A stretch of 63,997 bases of DNA, counting the filler, from Salisapilia sapeloensis CBS 127946 (Eukaryota; Protista; Oomycota), in NCBI GenBank assembly GCA_023334545.1. It is 11 parts of 11 records of this genome, joined end to end, with 100 filler letters (N's around TTAATTAATTAA, not from the genome) between each part and the next. Parts side by side here need not be neighbours in the genome. Positions count along the whole stretch, not along the records: positions 26,081 to 47,081 come from JAADVB010000290.1; 10 more parts are not named here. One strand, 5' to 3'. The position numbers and the translations under genes were made by a program. The notes below the pieces were generated by a model. The model was not told where the DNA came from and made no database searches. It was given only the letters and a program-made list of their open reading frames with translations. The first letter of the stretch is position 1; every line of letters starts with the position of its first letter. Shown piece after piece: positions 34,028-45,513 of the stretch.

Positions 34028-36511
34028 ATGGCACACATGGTCATCAACGCGGAGGGCTACTCCCGCACGGGCGAGTCCAACGGCGACAGGGAGCACGCCT
34101 CCTTCTCGCGCTCGCGCTCCGAGGGCACGCGCGGCTCCACGTCCCTCAGCTCCAGCCTTCGTGGACGCAAGAATTCGCTCTCGCGGCCGTCGTCGGCCAA
34201 GCAGCTCAAGATTTTTAATGGCAAGAAGGGCAAAAAGTTCCAAACGCCCAACTTGATCGACCTCAAGTCCATCTCGCACGAAGAGATCGAGTGGGAAGGC
34301 TATCTGTACAAGCAGCGAAAGATCGTCAAGAACTGGACTCCTCGCTACATCACGCTGCAGAACCGCGTCATCACAGTGTACAAGTCCAAGGCTCATGCCA
34401 TTGGTCGAGAGCAGCATCGTGGACAGTGGGAGCTAGAGCACTTTGAGAACTCGCTCCCATCCGCTGGCTTTGGCGGCTCCAAGCTCGATTCGGACAGACT
34501 CGGCTTCTCCTTCATTGCCACCAACGGTCATACGATCCACTTTATCGCCACAAACGCGTTGGAGAAGAGCATGTGGATGCACATGATGCAGACGAGTCTC
34601 GAGGAGCCGACGTCTAGCAACGGTCCGTTGCTCCATCAGGGCAAGTCCGGGAGTGCACCGAAACCTCGGTCGCTCATCCCAGACTACGTCAGCATGGAGT
34701 CGTCTATATCGAAACACTTTGCTGACAAATTCGTCCAGGACCTCATCAGTCTCATGCGCCGCAACGGCCAGGACGATCTGCGGACGATCCAGGAGGATAT
34801 GCCGTCCTTCTTGCGTCAACTGAGCAAAGACTGCGAGATCTGGTTCGACCTCGAGACGACGGAAGAGCAGGCTCCGTGCTGCGTCTTCAACGGCAAGTAC
34901 CACGGTCGAGAAGGCTTTGTCCACTTCATGGCGCTCTACTCGACCAAATACCAGCTGGCCGTCGATTCGGGTGAAGAAGGAGAGCATTCTGCGGATGACG
35001 ACGACCACCACAACTATGCCTTCCGACAACACCAGATGATGAACACCGTCACGAATTCTGCCACAGCCGGAAAACTCAGCTTTTACCTCGTCTTCACGCC
35101 AGCGAGACGTGTGTCCAGGGTCTACGTCTTCTTCCGTCGCCGCGGCCAGTCTCAACGCAGTCAACGCGTCATCTCGAGCCCCATGCTCGTATCCCAGCAC
35201 CCGAACGTTTTTCACAGCGTTTTCTTGACGAAGCGAGCGTTGGCGCTATCCTTTTCCGACTTTGACGTAGTGGGTGTCTTGGGTCAAGGAGGCTTCGGAA
35301 CCGTCGTGCTCGTCAAAAGGCACTTGAGTCCAGACGAGCTGTTCGCGATCAAGATCATTGACAAGCACTCGGGCGCTGAAAGTGCTTTGAAGGAGAGACG
35401 TATCCTGTCTGGTGTCCGTCACCCATTCCTGGCTTGCCTCCGTTTCGCCTTCCAGACGCAGACCAAGCTGTACCTCGGTCTGGACTATTACAAGGGAGGC
35501 AACTTGTATCTGCACATGCACTCGGCCAAGATGGACCCCAACGTTTCGACGTCATCCGGTCGGCGCTTCTCTATCGAGCGCGCTCGCTTCTACGCAGCAG
35601 AACTGGCCATCGCACTCTCCTATCTGCATGCACACGGCATCATCTACCGCGACCTGAAGCCAGACAACATTATGCTCGACCGCACGGGCCACATCCGTCT
35701 CGTGGACTTTGGCATCTCGAAGCAACTGACTCCGGAGGCTGGTTCGTTCCAGCCCACAGGCACGTTGGCCGGGTCGCCAGCGTACATCGCCCCTGAGCAA
35801 CTAATCACGCAGAAACCTCAATACGGCATGGAAGCTGACTGGTGGAGCTACGGTGTTCTCTTGTACGAAATGCTCACGGGTACCACACCCTTCTTCGACA
35901 TGAACGTGTCGCAAATGTACAAGAAGATCCAGACGGCAGACGTCAAGTACGACCGGAAGCCTCCGATCGATGAGCAGGGAGTGGATCTGCTCCAGAAGCT
36001 CCTTGTTCGAGACCCTACTGAGCGCGCCGGCATTGAACAGGTGAAGGAGCATCCGTTCTTTGAGCCTATCGACTGGGCTAAATTGGAGCTCAAGGACGTG
36101 GAGGCGCCGTGGATTCCGCCAGCAAACGAGCTCATGGAGAATGTGCATGAACACTTCCGCAACATGAACGTTGAGGAGACGGTAGGCGATCATCCTCGTG
36201 CTTCGAGTGGTCGACGCGCCAATACGGTGTCGAACACGAGCTCCCAGTCCCACTTTGACGAGTTCTCGTTCGCATTTGACACCAGTCGCGATACGTTTGA
36301 CGGAGTGAGCATGGCGGACGACGGGTGGTTGATGGAGCAGCTTCGGGAAGGTGCTGCCATGCGTGGGAGGCTGCAGGAAGGTGTGGAGGATGGCGACCTG
36401 TCGACTCTGCAGGAGCCACCGTCTGACAGTAGTGCTCTCAGTCTGAAGGCACTCGACAGTCAGAGCAGTGACGAGAATCTGAGCGACGAGAATGACAAGA
36501 AAGGGAACTGA
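34028..36511 (+). CDS. AGC-family Ser/Thr kinase with N-terminal PH domain (Akt/S6K-like)
   Basis: PH: WEGYLYKQRKIVKNWTPRYITL...EKSMWMHMM. Kinase: LGQGGFGTV, AIK, IIYRDLKPDN, DFG, GSPAYIAPE, DWWSYG. AGC tail APWIPP and hydrophobic motif FDEFSF. First ATG 34028 (open frame from 33962). Confidence 0.9.
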   Translation: MAHMVINAEGYSRTGESNGDREHASFSRSRSEGTRGSTSLSSSLRGRKNSLSRPSSAKQLKIFNGKKGKKFQTPNLIDLKSISHEEIEWEGYLYKQRKIVKNWTPRYITLQNRVITVYKSKAHAIGREQHRGQWELEHFENSLPSAGFGGSKLDSDRLGFSFIATNGHTIHFIATNALEKSMWMHMMQTSLEEPTSSNGPLLHQGKSGSAPKPRSLIPDYVSMESSISKHFADKFVQDLISLMRRNGQDDLRTIQEDMPSFLRQLSKDCEIWFDLETTEEQAPCCVFNGKYHGREGFVHFMALYSTKYQLAVDSGEEGEHSADDDDHHNYAFRQHQMMNTVTNSATAGKLSFYLVFTPARRVSRVYVFFRRRGQSQRSQRVISSPMLVSQHPNVFHSVFLTKRALALSFSDFDVVGVLGQGGFGTVVLVKRHLSPDELFAIKIIDKHSGAESALKERRILSGVRHPFLACLRFAFQTQTKLYLGLDYYKGGNLYLHMHSAKMDPNVSTSSGRRFSIERARFYAAELAIALSYLHAHGIIYRDLKPDNIMLDRTGHIRLVDFGISKQLTPEAGSFQPTGTLAGSPAYIAPEQLITQKPQYGMEADWWSYGVLLYEMLTGTTPFFDMNVSQMYKKIQTADVKYDRKPPIDEQGVDLLQKLLVRDPTERAGIEQVKEHPFFEPIDWAKLELKDVEAPWIPPANELMENVHEHFRNMNVEETVGDHPRASSGRRANTVSNTSSQSHFDEFSFAFDTSRDTFDGVSMADDGWLMEQLREGAAMRGRLQEGVEDGDLSTLQEPPSDSSALSLKALDSQSSDENLSDENDKKGN

Positions 36512-37318
36512 AACTGCTTGCTTGTTGCCTTTTCTTGATTATCCTTTTTTCAATCTAAAGGATGAATGTGTGGTCGTGCTAGTAAGAACATGTTCGACAT
36601 ACTATGCGCAGATTCGGCAATGGCAGACCAAATGAGCGTCGAGCTTAAGCTCACGACATACCCACAGAAATTTTCTGTATGAAATGAACATGACTTTTGC
36701 CATGAACCTTTTCCTCGTGTGATATCGTTACGTAGACGCCTACATAGGAAGGCAGTTGTGCCCTACCGACAAAATGATAGCCATCACGGGAGAAGAGAGA
36801 CCAAGTATTACAGTGTCACTGTAGTCACACCGCTTTCTACTTCAATCTGAGTTAGCAGGTTTAAACACTCACAGCAGACGCAGACTACAGCTTACTGGTT
36901 GCAGAATGGATGCACCAATTAAAAGTACCAACGCTTGCCTGTTTTTTACTCTGCTCTTATGCATAATGTGACTTGAAGTAGATACTTGCCAAACTAACTG
37001 TCTTGAGTAAATGGCAGAGCTGTATGCCAGCCTACAATACGAGAACATTCACAGGTCTTACCTCTTCATATACGCGTCAGTGACTGTCTATGACACTTAG
37101 AGATGAATGATTTTTACATGAGGAGCAGAAGTAATATGCAATCGGACATGGCTTCTTCGATAGAAAGACAAGAAACCGTATTGGACTTTTAGGAGCAAGC
37201 GTTTCAGACAGAGCAGAATTCATTTGGAGGATAGATATTAGGTGTTACATAGTTCTCAAATTCGACTTGTGCATCGCCAGACCCACCTGCATCTTGGCAA
37301 AAGGTAACACTGGATCCT

Positions 37319-40300
37319 TTACTCGTGGAGGCGTTTCCGGGATGGACTTGCACTCGGAGGACTGTCCAGCAACCGCCTCGCTTGGCCTGGCGGACCCTCA
37401 CTCCGCACTCGCTGACTCACCTCCTGCATGTACTCGTTCACAGTGTCCAGGTCCCTCTACCATGATCATACCAATTAATAACGCATCAAGACCATCTTAC
37501 TACCAAATCAAACGTACGCTGGGAGAAAAGTTGCCAAGCGTCACTGTCATGCGCGCTCCTGACGCCGGGCTGCGCATCTGCTGGACACGGGACTGCTGCA
37601 TCGGAGCCACGTACACATTGGACGAACCCACGCGTTTGGGAGACGTATGGGCGATGGCGACCGGTCGAGGCGCCACATCTGTAAACAAGCCATTGGACTC
37701 ATCTGGCGCGGCATGGTCTTTCGAGCCAGACAGGATCCTATCCAGCGTCTCGGATGCTGCATTTGCTACAATCTCTGCGTCCGAAGACGACGTCGAGACG
37801 CTACTGCTCCTCCTGCGACCGAAGGGTTGTGTCTCGAGCTTGAGCTCGGCGTCATTGGCCGCAGCTTCCTGCTCGTCTTTGGCCTTAAACTGCACCACGA
37901 GCAGCTTCATGTGTGCCATATAGACGCCCGTGTAGTACTCTGACAGTCTCTTTCCACTGTAGATGGCATCCACAGTCGTCGCTTCTCCACTCGTCGTCTT
38001 CTTGTACGCACGCTGGACAGACCGGAGTCCTGCGTCCGGCACATGGTTCACCTTGCAGATAGATGCGATGCAGCAGGCGACGACCAGGTCCAGGCTTTGG
38101 TTTTCAAACAACGCTCGTGGGTATTGCGTCAAGGCTTCTTTAAACGCCGTCCAACACTGGTTCAAAACGCCAGCACGCACGGCCAATTCCTCTCCCAGTC
38201 GATGCGTTCTCGTAGCTGCGAGCGTCAGGATTTTCTTCAGCAGTCGCTGGACGGTTGCTTTACTAGCATTCGACAAATTTTTGCTTTCCAACATTTCAAA
38301 CAGACCTGACTGCGGTTTCCAAATGTACACATTAAGAATCTGCTTTTCCACGTCGTTCAAGTGCTTTGATAGAGCAGGCGGAAGGGACGGAGCGTACTTG
38401 GCGACGGACACGATGGTCTTTTCAAAGTCCACTGTCGACACCTGGAGCTTCGCTGCGACACGAGGAAAAGTGTACGCCACGAGACTGTGTGCCTTGAGCA
38501 TCAGTTCCAAGCAGACGGACAAAAGGTTGGCCACAGGGCGTCTGCTCGTCCACTGCATGCCGTCGATCGAACGAGACTTGGACAGCCACGTCTCCATGAC
38601 AAAGTAGTACAACGCTTTCGCTCGCCTCTTTGCCAATTGAATCAAAGCTTCAGACCGGTTCGCACCTCCATCGATTGACATGAACGTCTCTTTACTCGAA
38701 CCTCCATGCACCTGGATCTTGTCGCTCAGTTCACCCAAGAGCGCATCCAACTCCATCTCGATATTCCGATTCGAAATGCGTTTCCAATGCTCACGTAAGT
38801 GAGAACACGACCGACGAACATCCGCTTCGTCACGCAGCGTAAAGTGCGTTTCGAGCCACGCATCAATCTCCACAGCAGCAGACAATGGAGACTTCTTCAC
38901 GCCATTCCCAGCGCTTCGTTCCGCTCGTAAGAACGCTCGAGCGGTCGTGTTAGGCGTAGCTGATGCACTCGACGTACGACGAGCTGATCGGAAAGAAATG
39001 TTCATGGACGCAGAGGCGGGAGAAGGTGAGGACATGTGCTGCCACTGAAGACTGAAGGGAGACGGATGAACAGAACCTGGTAGTCGGTGTTGCGGAGTCG
39101 TCGGAGGCTTGCTGCTACTCATGCGTCCATTCGGGGACGGTAGTGGATTCATAGGCGGCGTACGGGCGATGCCGCCTGACATCCGGTTAGGCGTATAGCT
39201 GTTGGTTCGTGGTCTTTTAACCGGCGTCTCGACTAACTGCGGAGGCTCAGGTTCCACTTCTGTATCCGAACGAAGTTCCCACTCGCCAAGAATAAGCTGC
39301 CGTTTGTTTTCAATCAAGAACAGTCTTTCGTCCACTTGCGTCTGGGCGACAAGAACACTTTGTTCATAGAATGCAGACAGACAAGAGATACTGAATCGAA
39401 TGACTTCCAGATCGTACGGAATCTCATTCTCCGCATTGAACAAGCGTTTAGTCGATGTCTCCATCGTTTCCAGCACGGACGACGCAGCTACGACAGCGCG
39501 ATTGACCGTTAGCTGGACATCGTCAGGCTGAACATGCGGCGTATTGTCACTGCACAGCCTTTGGAGCAGCAGCTCTTCCGCATTACTCCGTACATTTTGG
39601 TTCATGGACGTCAGTGTCGTGATGGCCTGTTCCTCCATATCTTGAGATGATGTATTGCTTCGAAGCAAGGTCGGTAGACAAAGTCGCAGCACTGCTAGCA
39701 CCAAATAGTACTGGTTAGCCAGACCTGCCATGTTACTCTGCATCACACGTTTGCAGACGATGAACAAAAGCCACGCCAGCTCCATCACCACGTCGGCAGT
39801 CAGTGCTGACGTAGACATAGTCGCAACCTCCTTCTGGAAGATGGAACGAAAGATCCCGAAGCACGTGATGGACACGCCGGTATCAAACTTCAGCTGTGTG
39901 AGGACTGGAAACAGCTCTGGATTCAGCACGAGCTGGTCCAAGAGCGTTGAATAGTACCGGACAAAACGAGGCAAATCCACCTGCGTCTCCACTAATGCCT
40001 CTGATAATTCCACATGCGGCTGCTTTCTTCCATTTCCATCAAGCGACATATCCTGCGCGCCCGCGACCTCTTCGTCCGTGCTAAGTTCCTCTCCTTGCGT
40101 ACTCAACCCAGTCTCTCTAGCCATCTGAGCTGCAAAGACCGCTACGAGTGCCCACACCACTTGGCTATTGCTAGAGCTATCGTCATGCAAACTATCCTCT
40201 TCGTCCGGCGCAGGTCTCGCCATGAGGTCTTCAAAGAGCCGCTGGCTGCTCGACAGCAACGCCTGGTGCTTTCCAAGTTTTTTGGCCGTCTCGACTGCTC

Positions 40301-40382
40301 CATTGGACTTGAGCACCGATGGAAGAGCAGTCAAAGGTCCTGCCCTGCGCCCTCGCACGGGCGTCAACTGGAGCGCCGACAT
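37319..40382 (-). CDS. RBR: Retinoblastoma-related pocket protein; 2 exons (40382-37518, 37456-37319)
   Basis: Pocket A: KALYYFVMETWL, LLSVCLELMLKAH, FEKTIVSV...LSKHLNDVEKQIL...W. Pocket B: QCWTAF...LFENQSLDLVVACCIASICKV. Many S/T-P sites. Intron 37457-37517 gives an RB-like tail FSPSRDLDTVN...RKRL. Confidence 0.8.
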
Positions 40383-40396
40383 CCTGGCGATTTGTT

Positions 40397-40404
40397 TTTC
40401 CCGC
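40397..40404 (+). promoter_or_regulatory. Canonical E2F site (TTTCCCGC) 15-22 nt upstream of the RB-related ATG
   Basis: Exact match to TTTSSCGC. Confidence 0.5.
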
Positions 40405-40616
40405 CGAAAACTTCCCCGCCCTTTGGTGTTTTATATCTATCTGGACATTATATATACAGATATGCATCCAGGTGGCTGGGTAGATATGAACCACATATGT
40501 GAATGCAAATGATAGAATCGATGCCAAAGGTAGTGGAGATGGCAACCTAGAACCAACTAGAGAATGAGAGTACATACTGCAAGATACACCATTGATACTG
40601 CCTTATGTTTACTATA

Positions 40617-42203
40617 CTAGACGAGAGCAGTGCCGTCTGCATCTAACTCACTCGCAGAGGCAGTCGACAGGCCTGTAAGTATCATCTTGCTGCGTGTGTC
40701 TTGGCTCATGAGCTCCCGCAGTCGACGTCGGACTGTTTCGCACGAGAGATTCACGCCCAGCTGCCGCACCACTTCCATCTGAACGTTCTTGGCGGTACAG
40801 CCTTCCGGATGGTTTTCTAAAAACTCTCGAATCACGCGATCCACGTCTTCATTCGCTTTCCGAGGACGTCCCGTGCGTGGCATCGGATCAAAGCTGCCTG
40901 TTCTCCGAGCTTTACTCACAATCGCCCGAACAGTCGTATGCGGCATCTTGAGCTGACTCCCGATGGCTCGAAAGCACTGACCAGCGTCTTTCAACTGTAC
41001 ACACTTTTCCCGTATTTCTGTCGAGTATCTCCCTCGCGAGCGTTTCTCTCCGACTTCAGCCTCTCCCTCCATCTCTCTCGTGTCAGACACATCCTCCGTG
41101 TCGGTATTCAGAGGCTGAGCAGAACCCTCCGTCTCCGTCTCTACCGTCTCTTTCGGAGGTTGATCGTCATGAGCATCCGACACATACGTCGTCTGGAGTG
41201 ACAAGAGCTTCTGTCGCGTATGGTCCTTCACTCGACGACGCACAGTCTCGCAGGACACTTTGACGCCATGCTCCTTGTCCAGTCGGTCCATGATGGCTCT
41301 GGCAGTGCACTTGGACTGTTCTTGCAGCGCCTCGAGAATCACTCGATCCACCACATCCGTCGTCTTCCGAGGTCGTCCACTGCGAGGCTTCGACACGACA
41401 GTTCCAGATGTCCTGGCATGCGTCACAATCGCCCGGACGGTCGACACGGAGATGCCTAGTTCCGTCCCAATAGTCGCGTACGTCGCTTTCTCCACCAAAT
41501 GCTTTTTCACACATAATGCACGCACCTGCGCCGAGTACTCCTTTCGCTTCTCGCTCTTGGGAAGAGGCAGCTCGATGTTTGCGTCTTCTAACAAGGCGTT
41601 CGCCGCAGCGATGACCGCAGATGTCTTTTCATCCTCCATGCTCTTGGAACTTTGCCTCGTACGCTCCAGTAAGTCTATCGTGTACGCCTGGACGGCATTG
41701 GCAGTAGACATGGTCATCTCATGCGGCAGTGCAGGCTTGATCGGAGTCTCTGCAACCGATCGAAACTGCCGCACTCGTCTTCGGATAGTCTCGAAAGACA
41801 CGTTCAGAGTGTTACCATTGAGCTCCTGTAGTCGTTGGAAGGCTCTTCTTGCCGTTGCATTCTTATTCTCCTTGAGAAACGACCGCAACTGATCATCCAC
41901 GGCTGTAGTCGTCGACCGCGGTCGCCCAGCTCGTTTCGAGCCAGGTTCACTCGACGAGATTAACCTGCGTGTGTCCTCAGTAGACAGAGTCTGTAGCTGG
42001 GTTCGAATCGAGTGTCTAGACTCTGCATCTTTAGCTCTGCTAGAGTCCTCCACCTGGGCTTCACTGGGCTGCTCCGAGGAAGAGACTGTGTCCGCCAACA
42101 TGCCCAGCTGCGTTGCGTTCTCGGCATCATTCTCATCATCTATTGATGCACTCTCTGCGTTCAATATAGACCGACTAGAGGCTTCATTCACCGGCATGGT
42201 CAA
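40617..42203 (-). CDS. Protein with repeated Tc1/paired-like bipartite HTH DNA-binding modules and no transposase catalytic domain
   Basis: Three GRPR linkers (RAGRPRS, RSGRPRK, RTGRPRK), each followed by a helix and (V/L)S(F/C)ET(I/V)RRR; two have a preceding HTH (IGTELGISVSTVRAIV, IGSQLKMPHTTVRAIV). Intact 528-aa ORF. Confidence 0.8.
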   Translation of the reverse strand: MTMPVNEASSRSILNAESASIDDENDAENATQLGMLADTVSSSEQPSEAQVEDSSRAKDAESRHSIRTQLQTLSTEDTRRLISSSEPGSKRAGRPRSTTTAVDDQLRSFLKENKNATARRAFQRLQELNGNTLNVSFETIRRRVRQFRSVAETPIKPALPHEMTMSTANAVQAYTIDLLERTRQSSKSMEDEKTSAVIAAANALLEDANIELPLPKSEKRKEYSAQVRALCVKKHLVEKATYATIGTELGISVSTVRAIVTHARTSGTVVSKPRSGRPRKTTDVVDRVILEALQEQSKCTARAIMDRLDKEHGVKVSCETVRRRVKDHTRQKLLSLQTTYVSDAHDDQPPKETVETETEGSAQPLNTDTEDVSDTREMEGEAEVGEKRSRGRYSTEIREKCVQLKDAGQCFRAIGSQLKMPHTTVRAIVSKARRTGSFDPMPRTGRPRKANEDVDRVIREFLENHPEGCTAKNVQMEVVRQLGVNLSCETVRRRLRELMSQDTRSKMILTGLSTASASELDADGTALV

Positions 42204-42387
42204 AGGAATGCTAATGGAGCTGTAGGGAACGTCTATCGTGCTGCTGAGCTCTCCGCCGTTCTCATAAATGTTTGTACATGTAGCAAGTTTTTGTCTTTAT
42301 AAAACTGTAAGCTTTTAAATGTTTAAACAAAGTATAAAAGAGGGTAATAAATCGATATCATCTGGCACAACCTGACAGAACTCGAAC

Positions 42388-43172
42388 ATGGCTACTCCGA
42401 CGGCGTTAACTTCTCCGTCGCTTCCGCCGGCACAGGACCACCAACTTCCTTCGATACACGTATTCTCCAAAGATGTGGGAGACGTGGCTACATGCATACT
42501 ACACACAATCCTTTTCACGCGCGCACCGGGACCGTTAAGACCGAGTGAAGCCACTTGTGCATCATTTCCGAGTATAAGCTACTCCCAATGCGCTGTTGGT
42601 GACGTTGGTCGCAAAGTCGAGCATTGCGTGAGAAACTTGGAACGTATCGTCAATGAGAATGGAAGTACAAATGTCTACGTTGAAGTGGTTTTCTTCGAGC
42701 GACAGGTTTTCATCTTTTATCATGCGATTCCTACGTCGTATTGACATATATCTTTTGCCTCCTACAGGTCAAAAAAGCGTTGTTTGGATTGATGTCGAAT
42801 GAAGAAAAGAAGAGATTTGAAAAATGGGTCGTCCCCATCTCTGTCGTGGATACTAGACAGTCACAAGGTACAGTTGACTGCCTAAATCCGTTGGAATGAA
42901 ACTCATGGACCTATAATCGCATACCTACAGATGAAAAAGGCGTCATGGATGAGGCAGAAACAACGCTACGAGCCACCTTACTCCAGATACTGGCGTCGGT
43001 ACAAGCGATCGATCATGTTCCGAGCACCATGTACCATTTCGAGGTATGCTCGTACTTACGACATGCAATCTAGCAGCTCTAACTGACTCTATACTAGATT
43101 GCAGCGTTTTCCGAGGTGGAAATGGCGTACGGTGGCTCCAGTGTCCGAATGCATCCGGAGGACTCGTACTAG
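42388..43172 (+). CDS. ATG101: Autophagy-related protein 101; 4 exons
   Basis: ILHTILFTRAPGPLRPSEA, EVVFFER, FEKWVV, IDHVPS. GT-AG introns start at 42706, ~42868 and ~43045; stop TAG 43170-43172. Confidence 0.8.
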
Positions 43173-43342
43173 AATCCTTTGCTGGTCATCTCCGTCTGTA
43201 CAATACACTTTTCCTATTCCAGTCTCCTATACAAGCCTCGCGTTTGATTTCTACTAGCATGAATAGACGCATGCAAAATCTAGCCATCAACATCCTAACG
43301 AAATTAAAAGGATGCTTCTTTATATTCAATTTATTTACTAGC

Positions 43343-45361
43343 CTACAGATCGTTTCCTTCAAGGCAAGCGGTACACTCCGATGGGTTGGACGAATGACGT
43401 GCTAGCCACCTTACAACCTCCTGGTAGCCACCGCGCGCTGCATAAGATTTTGCAGCGTCTGAGTAACCTTCACTCCGATTCTGGTGTAAGTACTTGATCA
43501 CGTCCAAGTGTCCATAATATGCCGCTCTATCCATCGCATATGTGGTACATCCCTCCGAACGATTTTCGTGAAGAAACTTTACAATGTGTAGATGGCCTTG
43601 TCCTGCCGCGATGTTCATTGTATCGATGGTATACTCTGCTTGGCCGTTCTTGTGTGCATATTCCATGATATCAAGGCAACCGTCAGATGCAGCAGTGGAA
43701 ATGGGGTCCAGACCCCAGTCAAGGGACGGCACGTGCGTCTCCAGCCATTGGATCAAATCCAGGTCTTGACTCAACGCAGCTTCGACTTGGCCTATGTCGC
43801 CTGCATCGCTTATACTTTTTGCATCGTTGAGCAGCTGGAGAATATCAAGGCTATCTTTGGCAATAGCATTTAAAATTGCTTCTACGGTGTATCCTTCACA
43901 CCGATTTTCAAGCAGCCATTTTACAACCTCATAGTGATCGCTGTCGGAAGCGATATCAATAGCTCGAGTTGTACATCCCTCTGCACGGTTATCATGTAGA
44001 AATTTCACCACTTCCAAGTGTCCATTGGCCGCTGCCCCGTCCATCGCGTCCGTTGTGCATCCCTCACGTCTATTTTCATGAAGAAACTTTACAATCGAAA
44101 GATGACCTTGTGTAGCAGCGTCATCCATCGCCTTCACGGTACATCCTTCAGCTCTATTATAGTGTAGCCACTCGACCATGTCCATGTGGCCTTCAAAGGC
44201 GGCAACATCCATCGTGGATGAAGTCCACATTCCTCGAGGATCGTCATTAACATAACGAAGGGTGTCCAACGATCCACTCCGAGCCGCTAAGTTCACGATC
44301 TGCGCGTCGTGAAAGTCCAATTCGTCATCCAGTTCTTCTTCCACATAGTCATCATAGTAGTCGGTCAAAAGCTGAAGCGCTTTTAAATGGCCTCGACCTG
44401 CCGCCACTAGTCGTGCTACGCGCAAATCCATCGTAGTCTCGGGTAGGTTTCTATATACCCATTTAAGAATATCAACGTTACCCGTTACCGCAGCAGCCTG
44501 ATAAGCATTATAACTCGTGCCCCGAGGATGGTATTTCCGTAACCAATCCAGTACAGCCATGTCTCCGTACTTTACTGCGTTGCTCATGGCTCGGCCGGAG
44601 CAACCTTCCCTCCGATTTTCACTGAGCCACATCAACACGTGCAGGTGGCCATTTGCTGCCGCACCATTCATAGCTTGGACCGTGCACCCTTCGCTGCGGT
44701 TCAAATGCAGCCATTGAACGGTCGATAGATGTCCATTCGTAGCGGCTTGATCCATAGCTTTTGAAGAGCACCCTTCCGTGCGGTTGAGATGCAGCCACTG
44801 GACGCAATCGAGATGTCCAGCACCAGCAGCGTAATCCATAGCAAGACTCGATGCCCCACCTCCTCTCTCTTCTTCGTGCTCTTGCAGCCATTTCATCGCA
44901 TCCAAGTGACCGTTTTTCGCGGCAGCATCCATGGCATCGTGACTAAAGAGCGCTGGGCTGTTATCGAACAACCATCTCGCTGAATCAATCTGACCGAAGC
45001 CGATGGCGGCATCGAGCACAGTCCGATGTATCTCCAACCCAGGTCGAAGTTGACGAACGTATTGAAGCAAGGCCAAGTTTCCAGTACGTGCAGCAGCTAT
45101 CAGTCCGTCAGACCAGTGACCATAACGCAAATAGCGTGTACGCCGAGCTTCCCAGCGTTTCAGGAGAAGCAAAGAGTTAAATGTAGCAGCCTCTGCAAGA
45201 TTATACTCGAGTGACCGATCGATAAAGTCACTTATCAAGGACGTGATGTCCTCATAATCTCGCTCACAAAAGAAGATGCGTTCTCTAGCGACTAGCAGCA
45301 CCGAGGTGAACGCTGGGGGTCTCATACTTCTTCCGGGCGTTTCAGCCAAAGTGAACACCAC
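43343..45361 (-). CDS. Oomycete-type ankyrin-repeat protein (likely start ATG 45325)
   Basis: Many MDxAAxxGHLxxVxWLHxNRxEGCT repeats in an intact 672-aa frame. Confidence 0.9.
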   Translation of the reverse strand: MVFTLAETPGRSMRPPAFTSVLLVARERIFFCERDYEDITSLISDFIDRSLEYNLAEAATFNSLLLLKRWEARRTRYLRYGHWSDGLIAAARTGNLALLQYVRQLRPGLEIHRTVLDAAIGFGQIDSARWLFDNSPALFSHDAMDAAAKNGHLDAMKWLQEHEEERGGGASSLAMDYAAGAGHLDCVQWLHLNRTEGCSSKAMDQAATNGHLSTVQWLHLNRSEGCTVQAMNGAAANGHLHVLMWLSENRREGCSGRAMSNAVKYGDMAVLDWLRKYHPRGTSYNAYQAAAVTGNVDILKWVYRNLPETTMDLRVARLVAAGRGHLKALQLLTDYYDDYVEEELDDELDFHDAQIVNLAARSGSLDTLRYVNDDPRGMWTSSTMDVAAFEGHMDMVEWLHYNRAEGCTVKAMDDAATQGHLSIVKFLHENRREGCTTDAMDGAAANGHLEVVKFLHDNRAEGCTTRAIDIASDSDHYEVVKWLLENRCEGYTVEAILNAIAKDSLDILQLLNDAKSISDAGDIGQVEAALSQDLDLIQWLETHVPSLDWGLDPISTAASDGCLDIMEYAHKNGQAEYTIDTMNIAAGQGHLHIVKFLHENRSEGCTTYAMDRAAYYGHLDVIKYLHQNRSEGYSDAAKSYAARGGYQEVVRWLARHSSNPSECTACLEGNDL

Positions 45362-45513
45362 GTCTGCGTTGGAAACCTACACGAAGACACATATAAACGA
45401 GCCTCTTAACCACATCCACAACCTATAAACAGCATAACGAACGAGTAGAAGGAGATTGAGCCCAATGTCAGTGTATTAACTGCCTTCTCATTCCTATAAG
45501 CTCAACAAGGAAC

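Noticed and set aside
33995-36419. Many long antisense and alternate-frame ORFs over the AGC kinase (similarly over RBR, ABCG and RPL18A)
   Set aside because: Shadow ORFs of GC-rich coding sequence with no independent motifs.
40617-42203. LxCxE RB-binding motif in the Tc1-derived neighbour of RBR
   Set aside because: The motifs are LSCET and VSCET (LxCE), part of the HTH, not LxCxE.
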